From: Octopus vulgaris
Lineage: Eukaryota
DNA length: 64,000 nucleotides
Assembly (NCBI GenBank): GCA_951406725.2
Contig: OX597829.1
Location: 56,544,001-56,608,000 of the forward strand
Direction of reading: 5' to 3'
Shown here: in pieces, positions 26,270 through 38,859 of the stretch
Layout: each line of letters begins with the position of its first letter
Numbering within the stretch: position 1 is the stretch's first letter
Program-made: the position numbers and the translations under genes
The notes under the pieces: generated by a model
Seen by the model: only the letters and a program-made list of their open reading frames with translations
Told to the model about the DNA's origin: nothing
Databases searched by the model: none

Positions 26270-27625
26270 TTCTTTTTCAGATTTCCTTGGAAGTGGTAAA
26301 CTCCCAGACAAACTGAAGGAAGAGATAATAATCCCTATCCTTAAGGGAGGAAGCCGGGCAGATGCTAAAAATTATAGGCCTGTCACTCTGACTTCACACA
26401 ACAGCAAAGTCATGGAGCGAATAGTCCGCAAGAAAATAATCGCATTCCTTGAAGAAAATAATTCGGTCGGGTAAAAGCTGTCTAACAGGCTCCTGCAACA
26501 CTACAACTGGGTGTTAGAACAGTCGCTGAATGACTCAAATGTGGTTGAGATGTATCTCAACTTTGCAAAAGCCTTTGATAAAGTCGATCGTGGTATGTTA
26601 TGTCAGGAAACTGCGTGATCTCGGCATAGGCGGAAAACTTGGAGAGTGGCTGCACAACTTTCTAAAAGATAGACATCAAGCAGCAGTGACCAATGGAGCC
26701 ACCTCCAAGGAAACACAAATAGCAAGTGGGGTTCCACAGGGTACTGTCTTAGGGCCACTGCTATTCATAGTGGCCCTCTCAGACGCCCTCAGCTGCTCAG
26801 ATAGCCACCCTTGCTAGCTATGCAGATGATACAAAAGTCTCTCAGACAATACAAAATCCTGGAAATATTGCACATCTGCAGCGGGAGTTGGATGCAATAT
26901 ACAGGTGGGTTGCGGACAACTTCATGCAGTTTAATGCAGGAAAATTCCAGGCCCTACGGTGCCAGCACCCAAAGCTAAACGACATGCAGACAAGATACAC
27001 TGGCCCATGAGGAACTGAAATCCCTGAATAAAAACCAGTGCATCACCTGGACATTGACATGAGCAATGATGCATCTTTTCAAATGGATATTACCAACTTG
27101 GTAATAAAATGCAGACGGATGGCTGGTTGGATCCTCCGAACTTTCAAAACAAGAGAAAAGGAGACATTGGTGATCCTTTGGAGGACATACATCCTCAGTC
27201 ACTTGGACTACTGTTCCCAACTATGGCCACCAGCCGTCTGGAACCCTGCATGAAGTTGTCCGCAACCCACCTGTATATTGCATCCAACTCCCGTTGCAGA
27301 TGTGCAATATTTCCAGGATTTTGTATTGTCTGAGAGACTTTTGTATCATCTGCATAGCTAGTAAGGGTGGCTATCTGAGCAGCTGAGGGCGTCTGAGAGG
27401 GCCACTATGAATAGCAGTGGCCCTAAGACAGTACCCTGTGGAACCCCACTTGCTATTTGTGTTTCCTTGGAGGTGGCTCCATTGGCCATTACTGCTTGAT
27501 GTCTATCTTTTAGAAAGTTGTGCAGCCACTCTCCAAGTTTTCCGCCTATGTGGAAACACAGATGAGAGCAGCGGCATCAAATTCCCTCATTGTTCAAATG
27601 CCACATATCAGAGGAGGTTTCAAAT
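26270..27625 (+). mobile_element. CR1-group LINE RT fragment with internal inverted duplication
   Basis: KNYRPVTLTS, GVPQGTVLGPLLF, YADD, SHLDYCSQLW; same family as 38860-42333; 27246-27550 is the reverse complement of 26625-26929. Confidence 0.9.
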
Positions 27626-27626
27626 A

Positions 27627-28590
27627 TCGCTATATTATATATATAAAATCCGTTCTGTTGTCTGCCTGTGTGTCATCTAGGATCTCGGGAATCCTCTATC
27701 CGATTGCGCTCAAATTTGATATGTAGATACCGACGGTATCAGGGCGTGTATAAGTCTTGAAAAAATTACAAAAATCGATTCCAGGTGATAAAGCCGTGGG
27801 AACGTGCATTTGTACGCGCAAGTACATCAGCTGTTGCGACGATACTACGCGTACGCGAGAAAAATGCAAGTGTAGTTTGCGCAAAAAAGCCGGCTTGCTT
27901 GAAATAATGCCAAAAAAGTAAGATGCAAAAGAGATATTTTCTTCAAAATTGGCATGAAGGAAGGAAAGACTATTTGGTTTCTCAAGAAGTTTTTTTTTTT
28001 TTTGTTTGTTGCCATAACTTCGTTTAACAAAACCAAAAATATCTTGAACATCCCGTAAAGTAATTAGTTACTTAGTTCCCTAGGTTGTTGCTTTCCATCA
28101 AAAATCGCCCCAAGTTGATTTCCTACATGTTTTATCAGCTAAACATATTATTGTCCCAGGTACGTTCTCATAAATTCATCATGCTTTTCCATCTAGATTT
28201 ACCTCCAGCCGACCCATTTGCAGGCATCGTTTTTGTCCTGCTTTTCTTCCGTCAACCTGTACATAACTGCACCGTCCATTTTTTGTTGATTTTGTACTGC
28301 TTAAAGGCATGTTTCTTTCCTGCCAAGCTTACCGTTTAAACCATGTTTGTGTTCTCCCAGTCAACAGCCTTATCATTACTGCTACTTTAAACTCTTCGGT
28401 TGAATAAAATTGTTTTTTCTTTGGAATAGAAAATAAATCTATCTTCATTTCTTCTTTTGCTGGTGTCTCAAATTTAGGTTAAATCAGTGTTTCTCAAAGG
28501 GGAGGCCTATAGGACGGTTGGACAAGTTGTTTTGAGAAAATTTGGTTTAAATGTTTGACAACTCAGCACCGCCCATTGGACGGGGGACGG

Positions 28591-28641
<51 letters not shown>

Positions 28642-28896
28642 TGTCTGTCTGTCTGTCTGTGTATTCTCACCATCACTCGACAACCGATGTTGCTGTTTTT
28701 ACGTCCCCCGTAACTTAGCCATTTGGCAAATCACGCCAATAGAATAAATACTAGGCTTACAAAGAATAAATCCTGGAGTCGATTTTTTTGACAAAAATCG
28801 GTGCTCCAGCATGGCTGCAATCACATGACCGAAACAATTAAAACAATGAAAAACTATGCCATTTTCATCCCAAGCATCGCCGGTTATCTCTGCTAG
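27627..28896 (+). mobile_element. Non-autonomous Helitron-like element (contains a SINE-A 3' half at ~28590-28850)
   Basis: 5' TC..tatatatataaaa start; 3' gcatcgccggttatctctgCTAG|t end. Confidence 0.55.
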
Positions 28897-29059
28897 TATT
28901 TATATATAAAATACTAGAATTAGCCGTGATTTTTTACGGCACGGGGCTAGCTGGTACAAATATATAATACAAATGCAAATATAAAACCACGTTAAAAATA
29001 CAAATCCAAAACTGGGAGAAAAAAAGGAAAATGAGGAACAGAGAAAAAAGGGGGAAAAG

Positions 29060-29325
29060 ACAACACCAAGTGCCTCAATTGGTTACACAACGGAACCCAC
29101 TGAAGCAACCGTCTCAAACGGCACAGGCTGTAAGAAATACTTAAGGATTTTGTTCTGTTCGGCTACGGAATCAGTGACCCTTCCATTTACCGCAGCATCC
29201 AGGACGTGAGAGGGAATAAAGGAGTCACAGACTGTGACGTCCCAGATGAGGCACCTAATTCTTACTCAAGGAGAGAGAGCAAGACCATCTGGTCTCTTCC
29301 CGTCACTGAAAGTTGCTCCGCGCGT
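29060..29325 (-). mobile_element. CRE-like LINE restriction-like endonuclease fragment
   Basis: Minus strand reads SDGKRPDGLALSP*..LIWDVTVCDS...AEQNKILKY...PFET. Confidence 0.65.
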
Positions 29326-29499
29326 TTCCCCCATTATGGCTCATACAGCCATTTGTAACTTGATACGATGCAAGTGTTCCCTGAAGTTTTGTTGTGTTTG
29401 AGCATCTAAATGCATTTGAAACTTCTATCGCAGGGCTCCAAGCAACCACAATGGTGATACGTGTGTAGGAACTTTGAAATAACAAACATGTGCTTATCG

Positions 29500-29607
29500 T
29501 ATGTATGTATGTACGTACGTATGTAAGTACGTATGTATGTATGTATGTATGTATGTATGTATGTATGTATGTATGTATGTATGTATGCATGCATGCATGT
29601 ATGTATG

Positions 29608-29640
<33 letters not shown>

Positions 29641-30157
29641 GTGTATGTATGTATGTATGTATATATGTATGTATGTATGTATGTGTGTATGTATGTATGT
29701 ATGTATGTATGTATGTATGTATGTGTGTATGTATGTACGTACGTACGTATGTATGTATGTATGTATGTATGTATGTATGTATGTATGTATGTATGTATGT
29801 ATGTATGTATGTATGTATGTACGTACGTACGTACGTACGTATGTATGTAAGTATGTATGTATGTATGTATATATGTATGTATGTATGTATGTATGTACGT
29901 ACGTATGAACGTATGTATGTATGTATGTATGTATGTATGTATGTATGTATGTATGTACGTACATATGAACGTATGTATGTATGAATGTATGTATGTATGT
30001 ACGTACGTAAGTACGTATGTATGTATGTATGTATGTATGTATGTATGTATGTATGTATGTATGTATGTACGTATGTGTGTGTGTATGTATGCATGTATGT
30101 ATGTATGTACGTATGTGTGTGTGTATGTATGCATGTATGTATGTATGAATGTATGGA

Positions 30158-30203
<46 letters not shown>

Positions 30204-31785
30204 TGCAAACATAAACATATTCACACAACACAGCACATACACACATACAGACGCATGCGCACACACACATGCACGCGCGCACACATACACACGCACACAC
30301 AAAATGAACGTGTTTGTATGTCGAAAAATAAATGCCTGTATGTATGTATGTATGTATGTATGTATATATGTATGTATTATGTATGTATGTATGTATTTAT
30401 GTATGTATGTATGTATGTGTGTATGTATTTATGTATGTGTGTGTGTGTATGTATGTATGTATGTATGTATGTATTATATATGTATGTATGTGCGTATGTA
30501 TGTATTTATGTATGTATGTATGTATGTATGTATGTATGTATGTATGTATATATGTATGTATTATGTATGTATGTATGTATTTATGTATGTATGTATGTAT
30601 GTGTGTATGTATTTATGTATGTGTGTGTGTGTATGTATGTATGTATGTATTATATATGTATGTATGTGCGTATGTATGTATTTATGTATGTATGTATGTA
30701 TGTATGTATGTATGTATGTATGTATGTATGTATGTATGTATGTATGTATGTATGTATGTATGTATGTATGTATGTATGTACAGGTCACTTTCGAGTGCTA
30801 CTGGTAACATGTAACCCAGTACAACCTGTTGCATGGTCGGGTTGTCGGCGACTAAACTGGCTTGCTTGGTGAGGAGGGTGTTTATTGGACACCCTGCTGG
30901 ATGAAAAACAAAACCCCTCAAAGGGCGGAGGAACTCTTGAGAGTCAACGGCCATCTAATAAATGTATCATGCGCGGGGACATAGAAATAATCGGAGTGAA
31001 TACCCGATCGCGTGGTTAAACCATTGGGAGTGAAGGACTCCTAGCCTTTGTTAGGGCATCCTTCTCGGAGAAGGCAACTCAGGTAACTGGGATAACTCCG
31101 ACATAAAACCTGCGGCTCAGTGGTTACCGATGATGTTGGCTTGTTCTTCTTTTCGGATTATGGCTGCTGTTGCTTAGTGAGTGGGATTGACTCAGTGCAC
31201 AGCTTTTCCTCACTTTAAAAAAAATCTTCTTTCACGGGCATTGCACAATAGCAACATTGATTAAGCTTCGTGCAATGGCCATACTCGATAACGAGGGGGC
31301 AGCCACCATGTATGTATGTATGTATGTATGTATGTATGTATGTATGTATGTATGTATGTATGTATGTATGTGTGTATGTATGTACGGATGTATGTATTAT
31401 GAAGGTATTATGTATGTATGTATGTATGTATGTATGTATGTATGTATGTATGTATGTATGTATGTATTATGTAGGTATTATGTATGTATGTATGTATGTA
31501 CGGATGTATGTATGTATGTATGTATGTATGTATGTATGTATGTATGTGTATATATGTGTGTATGTATGTGTTATGTAGGTATTATGTATGTATGTATGTA
31601 CGTATGTATGTATGTATGTATGTGTATGTATGTGTTTGTATGTATGTATGTATGTATGTATGTATGTATGTATGTATGTATGTATGTATGTATGTATGTA
31701 TGTGTATGTATGTGTGTATGTGTTGTGTATGTATGTATGTATGTATGTATGTATGTGTGTATGTATGTATTATGTACGCGCGCGC
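29500..31785. repeat. Large compound (TATG)n microsatellite field (three blocks)
   Basis: Blocks at ~29500-30150, 30338-30780 and 31308-31775 with TACG/TGTG/TATT variants. Confidence 0.97.
30781..31307 (+). mobile_element. Putative non-autonomous retroelement (RTE-like 5' UTR joined to 3' tail) within (TATG)n
   Basis: GC-richer non-coding 527-bp insert flanked on both sides by (TATG)n; ggagaaggcaactc resembles RTE 5' UTR motifs; ends gggggcagccacc-(atgt)n. Confidence 0.5.
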
Positions 31786-32746
31786 GCGTAATATAATATA
31801 TTCACGCATACACGCATATAGACGCACACATACATACACATACATGTCTATACACTGGATTTGCTTTGCTTCTTTTCGGTGCAACGGAGCGTTCCTCTAC
31901 AATCGCGAAGGAACGCTCGTTTCTTTGGACGCTTCCTGAAGGAATCTTCATCCATTAACACACTCCACATTTCCTAACGTCGGAATACAATTTTATGTCC
32001 ATAACAACATTCTGTCACTTGAAGTAAACTTTAGTGGTAAGTAGAAAATATATCGCAAACTCTATTTTCCATGTTATACTGGTCGCCCATCCTCTTGGTG
32101 GATGGTGTAAAGTTTGGTTTTCGTTTTACATGATTTAACGTCTAAATACATAAAGTGCAAATGTCTACTGCAGACGTTGATATTCTCAGAGTGCACCATA
32201 TATCAAGCATTAGTCAGTTTAAATTTTACCTCTTCCTGATAAAACATTTTGTCTTTATTGTGCAAGTAGAAGCGCACTTTTTGACACAATCTCTTGTCAG
32301 AACCTGTAACAGGCTTGCTTCAGTTCGATATTAGCCCCTTAGGCTAGACATTTGGCTGTCACTCCATAATATATACACATGATAAAAAAAAAAGTAACTC
32401 ATCATGTACACTTCTACATGTCAACAAAAGCGGTTGCGCTCGCCAACTTCTCAAGTCACAATTGGACAACAAGTCATTTCAGCCCCTAAACAAAATGTCT
32501 ACTGCTTAGCAGACAGGCGATAAACTTGCCGTAACGAAACAATTATTTGTTCAACGGCCTCTTCCGGCTGCGTATCTGGGTGTTAATTTTTAGTTTATAT
32601 TTTGTCTTTGGATTCATTAATTTTCTGGTTTATTTGCGAAATTCTACATCGGTTGGTAGCGTTGTCAATATATTAAGGACACTCGCCATCAAACAGTTAG
32701 CTGGGTTGACGGTCAATCAGAGTTCTTGTTCTTTGGACAACTCATA

Positions 32747-33425
32747 CGAGGTCTGTAAATATAATAATGAGACTAGTCTCATAGCGTTCGATCTGGCAAT
32801 AATGCGGGGGTTCCCTTTACGGTGTTGCCACATCAACGTCCCCTTATAACTTCAGTTGAAGCAGCAACCTCTTGGTGCTAACTGTGAATGCACGTTTGGC
32901 GAAGTGGTTTTGTTTTGTGTATCCTGAAAACGAACGAACACAGTTACGAGCAATGCTCTGCGATCAAGTTTTGTTCCAAACTCGAACATAATGTCACTGA
33001 AACTTGTGCAAAATTTCAACAGGCTTACGGGAAGACTGCTTTATAAAGAGTACAGGTCTCCAGATGGTTCAAAGCCTCTTTAGCAGGCCAAGAATTCGTT
33101 GAAGAAGACCCCCTGTCCGGAAGGCCGTCAACTTCAAGAAATTAGGAAAATGTGAAACGAATCGGAGACCTCGTGCGATCTGACCGTTGGTTAACCGTCA
33201 GATTGATTGCAGAGAAGCTGAATTGGAATCACACCACCGTTTATCAAGTTTTGACCGCTGAATTTGGAATGAAGGAAATTTATGCGAAAATCTCACTCTT
33301 GAGCAAAAAGACAACGGGTGCTATGGTCTCGTGGAATGGATTGAAAATAACCCAAATTTTGTTGCAAACGTCATTACCGGTGATGAATCACGGATTTTTT
33401 TTATTACGATCCAGAAACGAAACGC
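32747..33425 (+). mobile_element. mariner transposon 5' part, decayed
   Basis: TA|cgagg end; AIKFC, WFK, SGRPSTS, LVRSDRWLTVRLIAE, VITGDES..YYDPETK. Confidence 0.85.
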
Positions 33426-34756
33426 CATTAATTGGTTGAAATTACTGAAATACGACAACTTTAACATGAAATAACTTCGTAAATAGAAACTTTTCTCAAC
33501 AACGCTAAGAGTAAAAAATGTTCTATATGACACATTCTACCAGTATCCGAAGTTTCAAAGTATTTAGTTAGAGAAAATAATTAATCGAGTTGCTCATGAA
33601 AAGGAAAAGATCCCCAGTTGAGAACAGGACTTAGGCCCTCCCCTAAACCTGCTGCCCTTGTGCTTATATTTGAAGCCATTATTATTGAATGTGAGAATAC
33701 CTGTGTATCAAACCATTTTCACACCGGAACCAGCTTCAATCAAAAAAGGGAAATGGTTCAGCTGCTCAACTAGTTGCCTTTATTTATTTATTTTTCTTGT
33801 GACTGTCAAAACAACTGGTACCAAACTCTTGTTAACACGATTTAAATTTGCGATAGGAACCAGCCTACTTCCCCAGTCATGACTCTAGCTGTTGACCATT
33901 CTCCTTTTATTATATAAGGTGAAAGGTTTATTGTTTGATCTGGGATCTGGAAGTGTGTCTGTTTAGATAGGTTTTCGTGATTTCAAAATATCCTCTTCCA
34001 ATTAGCAAAGCTCTCGTACATTATATTGTGTCCTTAGAATAGTGCAGGATGGGTTGCTAGGGCCATGATATGAAAGCTACTTCGTGACCGATTGCGAAGG
34101 TAGGGGATAATGAGAATTTGAGCTAGTAGCTGACTAATATTTTATTTATCAAGACCTTAGTGTAAAGATTACAGAAAAAAAAAGCTACACTAAGTTTTCA
34201 ATTCCTGTCTAAGAATCCAGGAAACTAACCGTTTCAGATCTATAACCAAGTTATTTTAACCATGACAATTCCTTGGATTACATTATCCAAAGTGTTCTTT
34301 CTTCTTTTAAAATGGTAGAATATACTAAGAGATTTCGTTGTATGTCGAACAACCAGTTACAGCAAGAGTGGGGAACTCGAGGTGATTTGCTAAATGCATT
34401 AAAAAAACTGTGAGGATTCAACTCTGTCAGTAACATAATGAATTTTAAATTTTACAAATATATAGGTATGCATGAGGTCACACAAAATAACAATAATTAA
34501 AATGTTATAATACATTAATTAACCAGGTAGTTGTAATGTTTTAAACTTCGAAAGACGTGTTCAGTGGCACTATGAAGGTTGGTAACTAAATATCACTTCA
34601 CTACTCCATGGATCTCCTCCCGTACCAGACAATACAAAATCTTTGCTACGTGTTTTTCTTTTTTCTTTTTCTTTTTTTTTCTTTTTTTTCTTTTTATTGA
34701 TCTTACTTGTAAATCATAATTCACAACTAACAAAATTAATATTACACATTTAAACA

Positions 34757-34960
34757 AGGCAGTGAGCTGAAAAAATCGTTAGCTCTCCGGGCCAAATGTT
34801 TAGCAGCATTCCGTCCGTATTCATGTTCTGAGTCCAAATTCCACCGAGGTCGACTTTGCCTTTCGTGGTTGATAAAATAGAATGCTTGGGGCGATTTAAT
34901 CGACTTAGCCCCTCCCGCAAAATGACTGATCTTGTGCCAAAAATTTGGAATTAATATTAC
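34757..34960 (+). mobile_element. tRNA-derived SINE, family B
   Basis: aggcagtgagctg...gagtccaaattcc...gtcgactttgccttt. Confidence 0.75.
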
Positions 34961-35088
34961 ACATCTAAAAAGCTGTGCTTGCATACGCCCAACTTAAATG
35001 AATTGACATAATTTCATGTGACTTAAGCAGCAGAAATCGCAATGTAGATCTGTGGAATGTACATTGCATGTCTGTTTACATGATACTC

Positions 35089-38000
35089 TGTAGTGAGTGC
35101 GGGAGATTAGAAGTAAGACGCCTACCTTCTCTTCGTTGACGCAAACCTACCGGGTGGTAACGTACCCTTCCACCTGGACCATCCCGACACGCTAAAAATA
35201 GCAGCAGCTATCCCTCACCTTGTCGAAGAACCAACACGTCCTGCACTCACGGCTTCTGCGATGGAAAAGGGCGCAATCGTTCCCCGCCTGTACGCGCGTC
35301 ACCTGCGCGCCCTTCCTCTTCCGATCAGCTCCCAAGTTCTGGTCAGCACCCCAGCCACTGACGTCATCCCACACGCCACCCTGATCTTAAAGATCACATT
35401 CCCCCTACTCCACGTTGAAGTCCACCATCCAACTGGGCGGGTGCCTTACATATCGAGATCTCCTCAAGCTAGGCACCTCATTCTTCTCCTCTCCACAATC
35501 GTCATCCGACAAAGCAACAATCCTGTGAAGGTCCAAAACGTGACGTGGCATTCCATCCACAGAGACATTGTTTCTGGAATTGACCGCTGTCACCGTTCCT
35601 CTGCTCCATTGAAACATACAGCATGCCTTCTGTGACTTAACCCAAACTTCCTCCCCTATTTTCGCACAGGTGGGTTCCTTCTCTTCCTCGTGGCACTCCA
35701 GCGCTTTACTGGGATGCCTCCATTCATATTTAAATACTGCTCTGTGTGGCACAGATTCTTCAGCTTGTCCGAATCGGGGAGATATACTATACCAGAAAAC
35801 TGCTTCAGGCGGCAAAATGTGCCCTCTTTCCAACATGGTCTTTATTGTCCGATGGTGCCTCTCTATGATTCCTCACTGCTTGGCCTATATGCTGTTCTGA
35901 ACAAGCGACGCACTTTCCACCGGTCGAGCATATTCCTCAATGCTTCCAAACGAAACGCTGACCCATTGTCCATTAGCAGTTCTTCCACGGAACCCCTCTC
36001 TAAAAGTATCCCATTCAAAATCTACGCAATCTTGTCAGCAATGCCTATCCTCAACTCCCTCCAGATGGCCAGCTAGCCCGGCCTGCAGTCAACCATGGAG
36101 CGATACATTCCCTGACGGTAGTGTGTCACATCCACAGCTAGTCTCTTCCAATTGTGCTCCACCGAAAGGTTTCTTTGCTCATGCCCACACAGAGCAGAGT
36201 CAATGGACTGGCACCTGTCACAGCTCCCGACCACCTTCCGGATGCTTCTCCTAGTGACGCCAGCATCAATCATCTTCACAAGGTACAGGGTCCTATCCAC
36301 CCCCAAGTGATGCATAGCATGTAGTCTCTTCAGTTTGGAGTCATCCAACCGACATGCCGCAGCTATCCCTTTCTTTGCCTCCTCCATCCACGCTTTTTTC
36401 ATCCTGGTCAGTGCATCTGCCCTGTTTCTCTCCGAAGGCACAGAAACCACGTTCAGCTTCTGTCTGAACTTGGCAATCATCTCTCCTAGAACTCCTAGGC
36501 ACCACTTCACCAATGTCTCTGCAGCACCTTTCGTCCGAACTCTCCTCGCACCGGTGATCATCAATCCTACCCAGCCAAGCACAGTGGCCAAATCCGTCCG
36601 GATTTCGATTGAGTGCAGCCCTCATTTCAGGGCCAAGTTCACCCCCTTCAGCACCGCATCTAATTCAGTGACATTGATGTGGTTAAAGTCATTTGCTTTC
36701 CAAAGCCAGGCCATGCCCTCCACCTCAGCGCCTTCGATCTCCAACACAACCCCTATCGCTATACTGCCTGCATCACACCAAACGGTCCTGCATTCTGTCT
36801 TAAGCACATGCCAGTTCCCCCTGACTGGATCTTCTGCTCTCATCCTCTCTAGGATTTCCCGCATCCTTGCCACCATCCCCTCTCCCACCTTGTTGCCCCA
36901 GTAACTGCATGCTGTGTGCAGCCATCCATCGATCGGGTAGTGACCGATCAACTTCCCACACACAAAGAACAGCTCTTCTCCTGCTGACGCTGGAACTCAG
37001 CTCTGGGATTTCATTTCCTCTCTGGAACACCAACTCACCTGATCTATCTTTTCATAGCTTCAGCCCCAGCACAGCTCCCCACTGCCATTGATTCTGGTGG
37101 CTTTGCAATCAGCCCGAACTTCTCCAGATGTCTCACTACCTCGGTGGCTGGCACTACAGTCTCGTCCACCAAAATGTCATCTATGTTAAACAGTACGTCT
37201 GGCCCTTATACCACACCAGCTGATATAACCACAGTTTGTCACTCACATGGAACTGCAAATATGCCAACTTCAAGTCAACAATCGTTGCTGCCTTTGTTGA
37301 CTGTCTCCGCACACGTAGCATCTTGCCACAAGTGTCCGTTGCCTCGCCTCCCGTGTGACACGATATATGGTCATTCAGTTCTCTAAAGTCCGGCACGGGT
37401 CTAACTTTTCCCCTCGTCAGCTGCACCACCGCCATCAGAGGTAGCACTCCGCTAACCACCCCCTCCTTCCATGGGATAGGGACTCCTTCCTTGATCCATT
37501 TCTCTACCTCGTCTTTGAACTCAACCCTGGTTGACCTTTCAGGGTATGCTGGTAGCAGCTCACCCTGTTCTTCAGCATCAGGGCTTATCTTTTCATCGCC
37601 ACTCTATCATCCACCGCTGACCATCGAACACCACCTGAAAATTCTTTTCCTCAGTGGTGTAAGCGGCGCAGTCCCTCATGGAACTCTGCTCTCTCTCTGG
37701 TGAACCTGACTCACAGCGCACAACACCCCCATGCATCTGAACGTGACCTCATCTCCTGCAATCCTGACACCACCGAGCTGGTTGATGACGTCCATCCCCA
37801 TCACCACATCAACCCTGTCTACCATGTGTTCGATTACATTTACATGTAGCCTTAGTGTCACACCTCACACCACTATTTCTACATTGCTGCTGCCCTTGCA
37901 TCGGATTTCGTTGCCGTCAACTGCCCAGACTCTACTTGCCCCATTCCATTTCTTCATCACCCTTGGAGTCACGAGGGTGGTCGTGCAACCTGTATCCACG

Positions 38001-38520
38001 AAGGCCTTGAATGTCTTCCCCTCGGCCTCGACATCAATTATGGACAGCTTCTCCAAAAGCGCCTCTAATCCTTTGCGGGGAAAGTTCGAGAGGCAGCAAC
38101 TTCCCAACAGTCGTTTCCCTGGTCGCAATCATGGGCGATGTACCCTGTCTGCCTGCATCGATAGCAGACGGGACCCAAATGCGAACACTCCTTCGCCATG
38201 TGCAACCCCTGACATTTAAAACACCGGCCTGAGAATGACCGCTGTCGCTGCATGGTAGGTTTCTTTGAGTCTATCTCCAGCTGTCAACTGTCTTTATGCA
38301 TCTCTGATACCGCCATCGCTATCGCCTTCCATCCGGTGTTTCACGTCAAGACGCGGGCTTGAGCCACAAGTTCGCTCAGCACCATCTTTTTGCCCCCGGG
38401 CAATTGCTGCAGTCAAATCCCTACAACATCAGGAAAGCCACTTACGAACGCCAGTTGCGCTGCTCTGTCCAGGCCTTCTCCCGTAAACCCACCCAGCATG
38501 GCGAGCCTACGCACATCAGC
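35089..38520 (-). mobile_element. Gypsy-type LTR retrotransposon, decayed; 3' LTR ~35089-35398, 5' LTR not seen
   Basis: Domain order: Gag knuckles (CFKCQGLH..C, CYRC...C), protease VDTG, RT (VRPV.DFRELN, IVDLK.AYLQ, IDDILV), RNase H (WCDAG, HINVTEL), integrase (HH..CDRC, LAVDVTHY). Polypurine tract ggagtagggggaa directly precedes TGTGATC at 35398. Confidence 0.88.
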
Positions 38521-38524
38521 CACG

Positions 38525-38600
<76 letters not shown>

Positions 38601-38619
38601 TATATATATATGTATAATA

Positions 38620-38652
<33 letters not shown>
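38525..38652. repeat. (TA)n microsatellite
   Basis: Direct sequence. Confidence 0.95.
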
Positions 38653-38655
<3 letters not shown>

Positions 38656-38859
38656 AAAAGGTTGACTGTGAGTTTGACCTTTAATTAGAGTAATTGCAAA
38701 AGATTTCTAACGTTGTTTCTTCATATTTTACTTTTAAATATACTGGTGTAAATTTGTGTGAATATGAAATGTTATAGAGAAGCATTAAACATATGATTTA
38801 ACTTATTAAATAAAGTTCAGAGTTTAATAATTTAAATTATATATGACCAGGCAGAGAAG

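Noticed and set aside
29303-31939. Long ORFs rich in YVCM/HTYI (also at 15.2-15.7, 18.1-18.5, 46.1, 53.0 and 63.7 kb)
   Set aside because: Translations of (TATG)n/(CA)n/(TA)n microsatellites that happen to lack stop codons.
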